NCBI GenBank assembly: GCA_031362565.1
Contig: JANLSU010000054.1
Coordinates: 29,357 to 93,356, forward strand
Reading direction: 5' to 3'
DNA from: a bacterium
GTDB lineage: Bacteria; Krumholzibacteriota; Krumholzibacteriia; G020349025
Length of the DNA stretch: 64,000 nucleotides
This document shows, piece by piece, positions 21,541 through 31,171 of this stretch. Positions within the stretch are counted from its first letter, which is position 1; each line of letters opens with the position of its first letter. Position numbers and translations under genes: made by a program. Below the pieces are notes generated by a model. That model was not told the origin of the DNA. It did no database searches and worked only from the letters and a program-made list of their open reading frames with translations.

Positions 21541-24500
21541 ATGAATCGTTCCTATCTTGCGCCCTTGATGGTCCTGGCCGCTCTCGTGTCAACCACGAGC
21601 CACGCCGAGCCAACTCATATCATCGACGATTTCGAAAGCGTGAGCGCGTGGTCGGCCCATCCGGCGGACGGCGTGCAGCTCGATCTCGGATCGGCACCCG
21701 GAGCGCACGGGCGCGCCTTGGCGATGAACTTCCGCTTCACGGGCGGCGGCTACGCCATCGCACGCCGCCAAGTCGACTTGGATCTGCCGGCCAACTACGC
21801 CTTCTCCTTTCGGATTCGTGGTGACTCCCCTGTCAACACGCTCGAGTTCAAGCTCATCGACTCGACAAATGAGAACGTTTGGTGGTGCGTGCACCGCGAC
21901 TTCACGTTTCCCAAGACGTGGCAGCCGATTGTCATCAAGAAACGCCACATCCAGTTCGCGTGGGGGCCGGTGAACGGCGGCGAGATCAAGCATGTGGCGG
22001 CGATCGAGATCGTGGTGACGGCGAGCCAGGGCGGCGGCGGCACTGTGTGGATCGATGACTTCGAGTTGCGGCCGTTGCCGGCGACGGATGCGACGCCTGC
22101 GACGCCGGTGGCGAGCGCCTCGGCGTCGGCTGCGGGCAGCGAAGCCGGATTCACCCTCGACGGCAATCCACAGACGGCTTGGCAAGCACCGGGCGGCGCG
22201 GCACACGCGGCGATCACCCTCGATTTCCAAGCGATGCGCGAGTACGGCGGCCTGACGCTGCAGTGGCAGCCCGGGCGGCATGCAACAGAGTATGTAGTCG
22301 AGAGCTCGGAGAACGGCGCGGAGTGGGCGATTGCGCGCCATGTGCGTGGTGCGAACGGCGGCCGCGATGATCTATTTCTGCCCGAATCCGAGGCGCGGTA
22401 TGTGCGCCTGCGAGTCGTCAAAGCGGCCTCGGCGGCGGGGATCGGGCTGGCGGAGATCGTCATGCGGCCGCTCGCGTGGTCAGCATCGCGCAATGCGTTC
22501 TTTCAATCCATTGCGTCGGACGCAGCGCGCGGATTGTATCCGCGCGCGACTGGCGGCGAGCAGCCATACTGGACCGTCGTCGGTGTCGACAACGACACAC
22601 GCGAGGCACTGCTCGACGAAGACGGCCGCCTCGAGACGGGTATCGGGCGTTTCGCGATCGAACCGTTCCTGTTCACGGCCGGTCGCTTGATCACCTGGCA
22701 CGATGCCGAAACCGAGCAGACGCTCAGCAACGGCGTGCTCCCCATCCCAACGGTGCGCTGGTGTGCGGGAGACTTGACGCTTGCCGTGACCGCCCTTGGA
22801 GTGGGCGCGCCGGAATCGTCATCCGTCGTCGCGCGCTATCGCATCACGAATCACGGCAGCGGACAGGCACGCGGCGCTCTCTTTCTCGCGGCGCGGCCGT
22901 TCCAAGTCAATCCGCCGGCGCAGTTTTTGAACACGACGGGCGGTTTTGCGCCGATCCGCAGCCTCGACGTCGCGGGACGCACGCTGCGCGTCAACGGCGA
23001 GCCGGCAGTCGTCGCGTTGACGCGCCCCCGGGCGTTTGGTGCGACGACGTTCGACGGCGGCGACATCGCCGCCGATTACTTGAGCGCCGGCCGGTTGCCG
23101 AAGGCGACACGTGTTGTCGACGACCTCGAAGCAGCATCGGGTGCCTGTGAGTACCCCTTCGATCTCGCACCGGGCGCGGAGCGAGTCGTTGACATCCTCG
23201 TGCCGCTCCACGGCAAGGCCTCCATGCGCTTGGCGGCAGGCGCTCGATCGCCGGCTTGGGTCGACGCGCAACTCGAGCGCTGCCGGCAAGCGTGGGATGA
23301 GAAGACCGGCCGCGTCACGATTCGCTTGCCGGAGTCCGCCGGCCCGGTCGTTGAAACGCTCCGGAGTCAGATCGGCGACATCCTGGTCAATCGCGCCGGG
23401 CCCGCGATTCAGCCAGGGACGCGCTCGTACGCACGGTCCTGGATTCGCGATGGCGCACTCACCTCGACGGCGCTCCTGCGCTGCGGGCACGAACAGGCCG
23501 TGCGCGAGTTCATCGAGTGGTTCGCGCCGCATCAATACCCCAGCGGCAAGATTCCGTGCGTCGTAGACCATCGCGGCGCCGACCCAGTGCCCGAGCACGA
23601 CAGCTGCGGCGAGTTTATTTATTTGGTATGTGAGTACTACCGGTTCACGAATGACCGCGGGCTCGCTGAACGAATGTTCCCGCGCGTGCTCGCAGCAGCC
23701 ACGTACTTGGATTCGTTACGCCAGCAACGGCGCACGAAGGAATTCCAAGCACCGGACACGAAGCACTTCTTCGGCCTCTTGCCGCCGTCGATCAGCCACG
23801 AGGGCTATTCGGCCAAGCCCATGCACTCGTACTGGGACGATTTCTGGGCCGTACGCGGCTTCCGCGACGCGGCGTTTTTGGCCGGCGAACTCGATCACCC
23901 CGCAGCGCAAATACAGTTGGAAGCATCCGCCACCGAGTTCGAAGAGGATGTCGCCGCTTCGGTGCAGGCGGCTGGGATCGTGCACAAGATCGACTATGTG
24001 CCCGGCTGCGCTGATTTGGGTGACTTCGATGCGACGTCGACGACGATCGCCCTGTCGCCCACCGGCGCCGCCGCGCTTCTGCCGCGCGCCGTCGTCGAGC
24101 GTACGTTCGAGAAATACAATGAGTTCTTCACTGCGCGTCGCAATGGCGCGCCGTGGGATGCCTTCACGCCGTATGAGATCCGCAACCTCGGCGCCTACGT
24201 GCACTTGGGCTGGCGCGATCGCGCCCAGGACTTACTTGCCTATTTCCTGGGAACGCAGCGCCCGACCGGCTGGCGGCAGTGGCCGGAAGTCGTCTGGCAG
24301 GACCTACGCGCACCGCATTTCCTAGGCGACCTGCCGCACACCTGGGTGGGTTCGGACTACATCCGCTCGGTGCTGGACATGCTGGCCTACGAACGCGAGT
24401 CGGACGATGCGCTCGTCGTCGCTGCCGGAGTACCGACAAGTTGGTTGCGGGGTTCCGGGGTCGACGTGCACGACCTCAGAACGCGCTACGGCAAGCTCAG

Positions 24501-24708
24501 CTACACGCTGCAGAGCGAGCAAGGTGCGATCGTCCTGCACATCGATGCCGGCCTGCGTGTCCCCGAGGGCGGTATCGCCATCCGCGCCCCGCTGCCGACG
24601 AACGCCGCGCACGCCACAATCGACGGCAAACCCGCCACAGCGAACCCTGACGGCGAATTCATCGTGCGCACTCTCCCAGCGACAGTAACCATCACGCCTT
24701 CCCGCTGA
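21541..24708 (+). CDS. Secreted protein with galactose-binding-like and discoidin (F5/8) domains and a C-terminal six-hairpin glycosidase-like domain
   Basis: Signal peptide; IDDFE...WIDD carbohydrate-binding-like domain; DGN..TAW...ARYVRL discoidin; YARSWIRDG, SISHEGY, WDDFW, QWPE, PHTW in an (alpha/alpha)6-like region. Confidence 0.75.
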   Translation: MNRSYLAPLMVLAALVSTTSHAEPTHIIDDFESVSAWSAHPADGVQLDLGSAPGAHGRALAMNFRFTGGGYAIARRQVDLDLPANYAFSFRIRGDSPVNTLEFKLIDSTNENVWWCVHRDFTFPKTWQPIVIKKRHIQFAWGPVNGGEIKHVAAIEIVVTASQGGGGTVWIDDFELRPLPATDATPATPVASASASAAGSEAGFTLDGNPQTAWQAPGGAAHAAITLDFQAMREYGGLTLQWQPGRHATEYVVESSENGAEWAIARHVRGANGGRDDLFLPESEARYVRLRVVKAASAAGIGLAEIVMRPLAWSASRNAFFQSIASDAARGLYPRATGGEQPYWTVVGVDNDTREALLDEDGRLETGIGRFAIEPFLFTAGRLITWHDAETEQTLSNGVLPIPTVRWCAGDLTLAVTALGVGAPESSSVVARYRITNHGSGQARGALFLAARPFQVNPPAQFLNTTGGFAPIRSLDVAGRTLRVNGEPAVVALTRPRAFGATTFDGGDIAADYLSAGRLPKATRVVDDLEAASGACEYPFDLAPGAERVVDILVPLHGKASMRLAAGARSPAWVDAQLERCRQAWDEKTGRVTIRLPESAGPVVETLRSQIGDILVNRAGPAIQPGTRSYARSWIRDGALTSTALLRCGHEQAVREFIEWFAPHQYPSGKIPCVVDHRGADPVPEHDSCGEFIYLVCEYYRFTNDRGLAERMFPRVLAAATYLDSLRQQRRTKEFQAPDTKHFFGLLPPSISHEGYSAKPMHSYWDDFWAVRGFRDAAFLAGELDHPAAQIQLEASATEFEEDVAASVQAAGIVHKIDYVPGCADLGDFDATSTTIALSPTGAAALLPRAVVERTFEKYNEFFTARRNGAPWDAFTPYEIRNLGAYVHLGWRDRAQDLLAYFLGTQRPTGWRQWPEVVWQDLRAPHFLGDLPHTWVGSDYIRSVLDMLAYERESDDALVVAAGVPTSWLRGSGVDVHDLRTRYGKLSYTLQSEQGAIVLHIDAGLRVPEGGIAIRAPLPTNAAHATIDGKPATANPDGEFIVRTLPATVTITPSR

Positions 24709-24755
24709 AATGTGGGGCCGTGACGTCTGTACTTTGATCTGTCATAATTCCCCAC

Positions 24756-24977
24756 ATGAGTTCTCAACCTCTCGATATCAGTGGTTTGTCGCCGGAGGAG
24801 CAGCTCCGCCTCATTGAGCAACTGTGGGAGAGTCTCAGCCGCAATCCAGAGCGCCTCCCACTGACGGAGGCTCAGCGACAAGAGCTCGACCGGCGCATTG
24901 CGGAGGCCGAGGCCGACGGTGGCACCGGCATTCCGTGGGACGAAGTGCAGCGCCGCATTCGGGAGCGCCGCCGGTGA
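24756..24977 (+). CDS. Putative addiction module antitoxin (TIGR02574-like)
   Basis: 73 aa, LSPEEQLRLIEQLWESL...ELDRR...IPWDEV pattern; overlaps the downstream toxin gene. Confidence 0.85.
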   Translation: MSSQPLDISGLSPEEQLRLIEQLWESLSRNPERLPLTEAQRQELDRRIAEAEADGGTGIPWDEVQRRIRERRR

Positions 24978-25267
24978 GATCCCTCGAGCTTCGTCTCGCC
25001 GCGGTAGCGGACCTGGACGAAGCGCACTGGTGGTACGAAGGTCAGAAACCTGGCCTCGGCGATGAGTTTCTTGCGGCCATGTCCGAGTGTTTCGATTCCA
25101 TCTGCGACCAGCCAGAGCAGTTTCCCATTGTTCATCGCGACCAGCGACGCGCGCTCGTTCATCGCTTTCCCTACCTGGTGTTCTTTCGCGCCCATTCCGA
25201 GTCGGTGGTCATTTTCGCGGTCTGTCACGCGGCGCGCGACCCCCGTCGTTGGCAAACGCGAGCATGA
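24974..25267 (+). CDS. RelE/ParE family toxin
   Basis: GTG start overlapping the antitoxin stop; A.ADL.EA..WYE.Q.PGLG.EF...RRALV.RFPY.VFF...IFAV.H..RDP. Confidence 0.88.
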   Translation: MRSLELRLAAVADLDEAHWWYEGQKPGLGDEFLAAMSECFDSICDQPEQFPIVHRDQRRALVHRFPYLVFFRAHSESVVIFAVCHAARDPRRWQTRA

Positions 25268-25271
25268 TCTC

Positions 25272-25538
25272 TTATCGATAGAGGTGCTTGACCGCGCTCC
25301 AGTCGCTTGCACTGACCGCTTCGGCGTTCTCGCACACGGATAGAATTACCGAATCCACTCCCGAATCATCTTCGACTGCGACTGCGATCCGGCCGTTGCG
25401 GATGGAATACAGAGCATTGAACGTCCCACCGGGAACTGGAAGCGCGTCAAGGTCGAGGCTGCGGTTCTTCCTGGGCGAATCCCAGTGGGTGGCGAACCGG
25501 CGGGCGTGGCCCTGAGAGGCTACCGGTAGATGTACGTC
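25272..25538 (-). pseudogene. Start-less 88-codon remnant of a secreted-protein gene ending in SDWSAVKHLYR
   Basis: Manual translation: DVHLPVASQG...ENAEAVSASDWSAVKHLYR*. No start codon at its 5' end; in frame with and directly after the helicase TAG. Confidence 0.5.
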
Positions 25539-28500
25539 CTACGGGATGAAGAGCCGGCCGCCGTTTCGTTGCACTAAGGCACCCTGTTGGACCATTTGCT
25601 CGATCTCGGCTTCGATGACGCGGCGGACGTCTTGGCCGGTGCGTTGGAAGCCGAGCATGCGGGCGACTTCGGTGATGGCGGCTTCGGGCTCGACGCCGAC
25701 TTGATCGGCGACGACGCGGCGCAGGCCCCATTGCAGTTCCATCGGCGCGATCATGTCGGGCATTCGCAGCGTCAACGACACTGTCGCCGAGCGATCGCGC
25801 AATGGGTACTCGGGTTGCTCGCGGCGCATGTAGAAAGACCCGCGTGCGACGACCGCGCCGTCACGGAGCGCGCGCGCCAAACCATTCTGTGTCGCCGCTT
25901 GAATGCGCGATCCCGCGCGCTCGCGGCCGCAGACCATGGCATAGCGCCGCGCGATCTCGTCCTCGTGAATCGGTTCCTCGACCTCGATGATGCGCACCAG
26001 AATCGCGACGCGCCGCTGGAGCGGCACCTCGTGCGGCTCGACGCCGTGCGGTTCATGGAAATCGGCTTCGACGTAGGCCAGCACGGGAATGCGATCGTGC
26101 GTCAGCCGCTCCGTTGCTGCGCCGGACCCACCTCGACTCCTTGGTTCGACGTCGACGCTCTCCGTGGCATCGGCCTGCGGCGGTGCAGCCACCGGGAGCG
26201 CGACTGCCGCACGCGCCGCTTCGATCGCGGCGACCACGCGCCCCAGCTCCGCCTCCCGCCGGTGAAACCAATCCGTACTCCAGATCCGATGAATGCGCCA
26301 TGCCCGATCCCGCAATACTTGCTCGCGCAGGCGATCGCGATCGCGTGCCGAGCGCGAACGATGATATGCGGCGCCGTCGCACTCGATTCCCAGTGTGTAC
26401 ACACCCGGCCGCTGCGGGTCGCCGATGGCCAGATCGACATAGAAGCCGGCGACGCCCACCTGGTAGCGCACGTCATAGCCGAGTCGCGCCAGCGCGCCGC
26501 CCACGTCGAGTTCGAAATCCGAGTCAGGGGCTTTGGCGGCGATTTCCGAACGATCGAGGATCCCGGTTGCGGCATAGTGCAGAAACGTCTTCAGGACCCG
26601 CACACCCACCGCGTCGCTGCGTTCGAGGTCGATATCCTCGGCGCCGATCGACGTGAACACTTCGCAACGGCGGCGCGCCCGGCTGATGAGCACGTTCAAG
26701 CGCCGCTCGCCACCGCTCGCCGACAAGGGGCCGAAGTTCATCGTGAAGGAGCCCTGCGCATCGTGCCCGTAGCCCACCGAGATCAAAATCACGTCGCGCT
26801 CGTCGCCCTGAATCGATTCCAAGTTCTTGACGAAGAAAGGCTCGTCCGCGTCCGGGTCGAAGAACTCCTCCAGGTCGGCCCGGCCCCGCAGCGCGACTTC
26901 CAGTTCATCCAGAATCGCATCGCGCTGCGCGACTGAAAACGTGCCGACTCCTAGAGACATGCCCGCCGGGAACCGCGCCGAGCGTTGGTACTGTTCCGCA
27001 TGCTCGATTGCCGCCCGCACGACCGCCTGTGCTTCGATACGGTTCGTTGCACTGTGCCCGCGGTCATACACGCCTGCAATACGATGCAGCCGGAGCCCCA
27101 AGTCCTCGCTAGTCGCGCTCGGCACGATAAAGAGTTTTTTGTAGAACTCCAAATTCGAGACCGCTATGAGCGACTCGTGCTGGCTTCGGTAGTGCCAACG
27201 CAGCATGCGCGCCGGAATGCCCTGCGCCAAGCTGAGTCCCAGAATACTCTCGACATCCGTGACCTGGAAGTCCTCGTCCTCCGCCGCTTCGCCGTCGTCC
27301 CCCGCCACCCGGTCGAAGAACGACGTCGGCGGCAATTGTTTTTCGTCGCCGACGACGACCATCTGACGGCCGCGTGCCACGGCGCCCAAAGCTTCGACGG
27401 GCCGCACTTGGCTCGCTTCGTCCATCACGATGAGGTCGAATTCCAGCGCCCCCGGCTCGACGTACTGTGCCAAGGACATCGGTGACATCATCCACACCGG
27501 CTTGATGTGCTGCATGGCGTGGCCGGCTTGCTGAATCAGTTTGCGAAGCGGCAGGTGGCGCATCTTCTTTTGCCACTCGTGCATGAGCACGCCCATCTCG
27601 CCGATCTCGGCCGTGCCCTGGGGCAGGTTGCGTGCATGCTGGTCGATGGTCTCCTGCCGCGCGAGCGCCATGCGGGCGCGATCGAGCGCCTTGAACTGAT
27701 CCACGACGTGATCGTGAGCCCGGCCGTCGAAGCCTTGCAACTCGGGGAACTGCGCCAAGGCTTGCTGGACCAGCGCCTCGTGGCACGCGTAGCGGAAGAA
27801 ATCGGCAAGGTGCGCCGGGGCAACGTGCCCAGCCGCGAGCTGCTCGACCGGCGCAGCAAGATCGACGGCGCGCGCGTCGTGGCTCCAGACCAGCCAGTCG
27901 CTCCAGGCGCGGAGCGCGGCGGGCGAAGCGGCTTGGGCCTGCAAACGTGCGAGCAAGGCATCGACCGGCACGGCGTCGAGCGCCGGCGAGCCGAACGCCA
28001 CGCTACAGTCGAACGCCAACTGCTCGCAGTACGCCGCGAGCGCCGTGAACACGCTCTCCAGATTCTGGCCGAAGAGCACCGTCTCGCGCCCAAACTCCGG
28101 CAGGTTCTCGATCGCTGCAAGCCACGCATGCCAGACTTCGGGCACGCCCGCGTCCTGCGTTGCCTGCTCCCACGCCTCGATCGCGACCAGTTGATCCCAA
28201 TCGGACTCGTCGCCGCGCCATGCCGTCCCGAACGCCGTGCGCCCGAGTGCATCGGCGGCACGAATCGAGTCGCGCGACATTCGTCCCACCGCGAGCGAGT
28301 CGAGAAGCTCCAGTTTGTCGGCGAGCGATTGCGGCGGCGCACCGGCGCAGAGTGCCGCCAGATCGCGCACCGAACGCCGATAGGTTCCGCCAAGGCGCCG
28401 GAACCACGAGGCACCATCCCGCGCCAGCACTTTTCGGAGCGCCGATTGATCGTTGTCCCAGGCAGCCGGTAATACGACGGTAGCCAAACGCCGTTTGGCC

Positions 28501-30299
28501 GTAGCGTACCGTCGTCCCGCACTGACGAGATTGCCGATTTGCGTTCGCTCTTCTTGCCAAACACGCTGACCCAAGGCGATCGCATCGAGCGCCGGCGCAC
28601 GCACGCACGCGTCGCCGAACCGCACCAGCCGCCGCGCGCCATCCACCGTCGTCCAAGTCGCGTTCAGCCGGCGCGCGATGCCCTGCCCGGTTTCGACGCA
28701 ATTTCCCAGATCGGCGGCGATACGGCCCGCCGCCTGAACGAGGCGCGTTGCATCCGCCGGCAAGCTCACTGGGGCGCGCGTTCCGCGCCAGGAATGTTCG
28801 CTGAATGGACCCATCGCGCCGGCATGTGCTGCCAGGCGCTCCAAGCGCCGCGCCCGCTCCTCGATCTCGAACGCACTCCAATCGGTCGCCTGCGGCATCT
28901 TGAAGTCCGGTGCGCTGGGCGCGGCGTCGCCGAGGCGTCCCAGTTTCGCGAAGGCCTGGAATGGCGTGATTCCGGAAGGCTCGAGTGGCGTATGCATCCG
29001 CCCCGCGTGCGCATTGAGCAGGTCACGCGCCGCCCGCAACTGCTGCTCCGGAATCGCCGTCTCCGGCGCGGCGCGAACTCCGGCCTCGAAGGTTTCCTGC
29101 AGGTCCTGCAGCACGGCCTTCTTGTTGGCCTTGTGGCTGTGCAGTTCCAGGCTCAGATGCCCAAGACCAATGCGATTCAAATTCTCGCGCACGACGTTGA
29201 GGGCGGCCATTTTCTCGGCGACGAAGAGCACGCGCCGGCCCTCGCGCACGGCAATCGCGATGAGATTCGTGATCGTCTGCGACTTGCCCGTCCCGGGAGG
29301 CCCTTGAATGACCAGATTCCGCCCCGCAAGCACTTCCTGGATCGCGACCATTTGGGAACTGTCAGCGTCCACGACGTGCCCGGCGGTCGCGACATCGATG
29401 ACCGGATCCACGGCCGCATCGTCCGGAACGAACGGCTCAGCGGCGACGCCGAATCCATCCTCGAGCAAGCCTTTGATCAGGATATGGCGCCGAATCGAGT
29501 TCGCTTCGGGCCAGCGCTCCGGCTTCAAGTCCAGGAACATCATCAGCTTGGCGAACGAAAAAAGACCGAGGACGGCGACATCCGACCGCACTTCCCAGCG
29601 TTGCTTTCCGTCAATGGCGCGGGCGACGCTGGCGGCATAGGCCTGCGGCGAGAGTTCTTCCACATCCGGCAACGCCGGCAGCACGAGCCCGTCTTCCTTC
29701 AAGCGCTCGAGCAGCGACAGATTCGTGGCGATTTCGCCCCCGGAATACTCGAGCTGAAATTCCCCGCTGCTCGCAACCCGGCGCAGGGTCGCCGGAAGCA
29801 GCAAGAGCGGCGCGTGGCGTGGCTTTTCGAGATCCTTGGAGTCGAACCATTGTAGAAAGCCGAGCGCCAGGTACAAGACGCTCACGCCGCGTTCGTCTTC
29901 GAACTCCTGCGCGTCGCGGGCAATCGACCGCAGCCGCCGGTGCAGCTTCGAAGCGGCGAGCGAAGTTTGGAAGTTGAACTGCGGATCGCGTCCGCCGCGG
30001 TACTCAGGCGCACCGGGCTCTTCCAGGTCTTCTGGTTGCAGATCGTGCGGCTGGTCAGCCGACCCGCGCACGCCCAAGAAGCGCGCCGCTTTGCCATCTC
30101 GAACAAGAATCCGAAACAAATCTTCCGAAGTGCGGCCGACGACTTCGAGAATATTGGCCCGGGCACTGCCCAGCGGCGCGCTCAGGAGACGCGAGCGCGT
30201 CGAGATCTCCAGAAGTTCCTTGCGCGCCAGCTCGAGTTTCCGGTCGATCCCGTGCTCATCGACCACCCGGGGCGCCTGCGGTCGCAGCGTCGTATCCAT
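25539..30299 (-). CDS. DUF4011 - SF1 helicase - Vsr-like nuclease - DUF3320 protein (Hhe-type anti-phage architecture)
   Basis: N-terminal LYLALGFL.W...APLLLLP (DUF4011-like); GPPGTGKS, DEASQ, VGDEKQLPP, HYRS, QGDERD, RRLNV.ISRAR; then FE.DV..IECDG..YH..RDRDRLR..W.IHRIWSTDW. Confidence 0.85.
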   Translation of the reverse strand: MDTTLRPQAPRVVDEHGIDRKLELARKELLEISTRSRLLSAPLGSARANILEVVGRTSEDLFRILVRDGKAARFLGVRGSADQPHDLQPEDLEEPGAPEYRGGRDPQFNFQTSLAASKLHRRLRSIARDAQEFEDERGVSVLYLALGFLQWFDSKDLEKPRHAPLLLLPATLRRVASSGEFQLEYSGGEIATNLSLLERLKEDGLVLPALPDVEELSPQAYAASVARAIDGKQRWEVRSDVAVLGLFSFAKLMMFLDLKPERWPEANSIRRHILIKGLLEDGFGVAAEPFVPDDAAVDPVIDVATAGHVVDADSSQMVAIQEVLAGRNLVIQGPPGTGKSQTITNLIAIAVREGRRVLFVAEKMAALNVVRENLNRIGLGHLSLELHSHKANKKAVLQDLQETFEAGVRAAPETAIPEQQLRAARDLLNAHAGRMHTPLEPSGITPFQAFAKLGRLGDAAPSAPDFKMPQATDWSAFEIEERARRLERLAAHAGAMGPFSEHSWRGTRAPVSLPADATRLVQAAGRIAADLGNCVETGQGIARRLNATWTTVDGARRLVRFGDACVRAPALDAIALGQRVWQEERTQIGNLVSAGRRYATAKRRLATVVLPAAWDNDQSALRKVLARDGASWFRRLGGTYRRSVRDLAALCAGAPPQSLADKLELLDSLAVGRMSRDSIRAADALGRTAFGTAWRGDESDWDQLVAIEAWEQATQDAGVPEVWHAWLAAIENLPEFGRETVLFGQNLESVFTALAAYCEQLAFDCSVAFGSPALDAVPVDALLARLQAQAASPAALRAWSDWLVWSHDARAVDLAAPVEQLAAGHVAPAHLADFFRYACHEALVQQALAQFPELQGFDGRAHDHVVDQFKALDRARMALARQETIDQHARNLPQGTAEIGEMGVLMHEWQKKMRHLPLRKLIQQAGHAMQHIKPVWMMSPMSLAQYVEPGALEFDLIVMDEASQVRPVEALGAVARGRQMVVVGDEKQLPPTSFFDRVAGDDGEAAEDEDFQVTDVESILGLSLAQGIPARMLRWHYRSQHESLIAVSNLEFYKKLFIVPSATSEDLGLRLHRIAGVYDRGHSATNRIEAQAVVRAAIEHAEQYQRSARFPAGMSLGVGTFSVAQRDAILDELEVALRGRADLEEFFDPDADEPFFVKNLESIQGDERDVILISVGYGHDAQGSFTMNFGPLSASGGERRLNVLISRARRRCEVFTSIGAEDIDLERSDAVGVRVLKTFLHYAATGILDRSEIAAKAPDSDFELDVGGALARLGYDVRYQVGVAGFYVDLAIGDPQRPGVYTLGIECDGAAYHRSRSARDRDRLREQVLRDRAWRIHRIWSTDWFHRREAELGRVVAAIEAARAAVALPVAAPPQADATESVDVEPRSRGGSGAATERLTHDRIPVLAYVEADFHEPHGVEPHEVPLQRRVAILVRIIEVEEPIHEDEIARRYAMVCGRERAGSRIQAATQNGLARALRDGAVVARGSFYMRREQPEYPLRDRSATVSLTLRMPDMIAPMELQWGLRRVVADQVGVEPEAAITEVARMLGFQRTGQDVRRVIEAEIEQMVQQGALVQRNGGRLFIP

Positions 30300-30320
30300 A
30301 GGAAGGGCAGAATATCACAC

Positions 30321-31061
30321 TCAACCGCGGTCGTCGTACCAGTACTGCCGCACTGCGGCGCCGCGGGCTTGCGGCCGGCGCACCACGGCCGCCGCCACGG
30401 GCGCTATCTTGGTCAACCAGTGCCAGTCGCCGTAGCGGTCGAACTTGCGGGTCGAGAACACCGCCTTCGCGGCGCGCAAACGGGCGAGCCGCTGCCGGCG
30501 CGACCGGCCCAGGCGTTTCAAGCGCAGCAGAAAATCGACATCCTCGGCGCAGGAGCGCCGTTCATCGTAGCCGCCAATATCGAAGAAGGCTTGCCGGCGG
30601 CAAAAGGTCACACCCGCGTCGACCCTCGAGAGAGTCGCGAACGACTCCAGCAGCCCGTAAACCATCGCGATGCCGGCGGACCACCGCTCCGGCACGATTC
30701 CGGTCGCGCCGCCGATGATCGATGGATCGGCGAGTGCCGCATCGATCGCGTTGAACGTGTCGGGATGAACCTGCATGTCGGCGTCCACGAATGCCAGGAT
30801 GGAGCCGGTCGCAGCCGCCGCACCGCCATTACGTACGGCGGCGATCAAGCGCGGCGCAACCGGCACCACGCGGCAGCCGCGCGCCGCCGCGATCTCCGCA
30901 GTGCGATCGGTTGACGCATTGTCGGCGACGATCATTTCGACGGCATCGCGCTCCGCGGCATACCTTGCCCGCGCGACGTCGATCGTATCGAGCAACCGCG
31001 GCAGCAGCAGCGCTTCGTTGTAGGCCGGAACAATGACACTCAGCCGCACCGAGGATTGCAT
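30321..31061 (-). CDS. Glycosyltransferase family 2
   Basis: SVIVPAYNE, ADNASTD, RNGG, FVDAD, GGYDE, EDVD. Confidence 0.9.
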   Translation of the reverse strand: MQSSVRLSVIVPAYNEALLLPRLLDTIDVARARYAAERDAVEMIVADNASTDRTAEIAAARGCRVVPVAPRLIAAVRNGGAAAATGSILAFVDADMQVHPDTFNAIDAALADPSIIGGATGIVPERWSAGIAMVYGLLESFATLSRVDAGVTFCRRQAFFDIGGYDERRSCAEDVDFLLRLKRLGRSRRQRLARLRAAKAVFSTRKFDRYGDWHWLTKIAPVAAAVVRRPQARGAAVRQYWYDDRG

Positions 31062-31171
31062 GACGACTCCCCACTTCGCACCCTTGCCCGCACGGCCAGT
31101 GTACATGACTCGCCGGCGCGACCCTGTGCTACCCTCCTGCGTCCCACGAACCAAGGATCCGGAGGCTTGCG

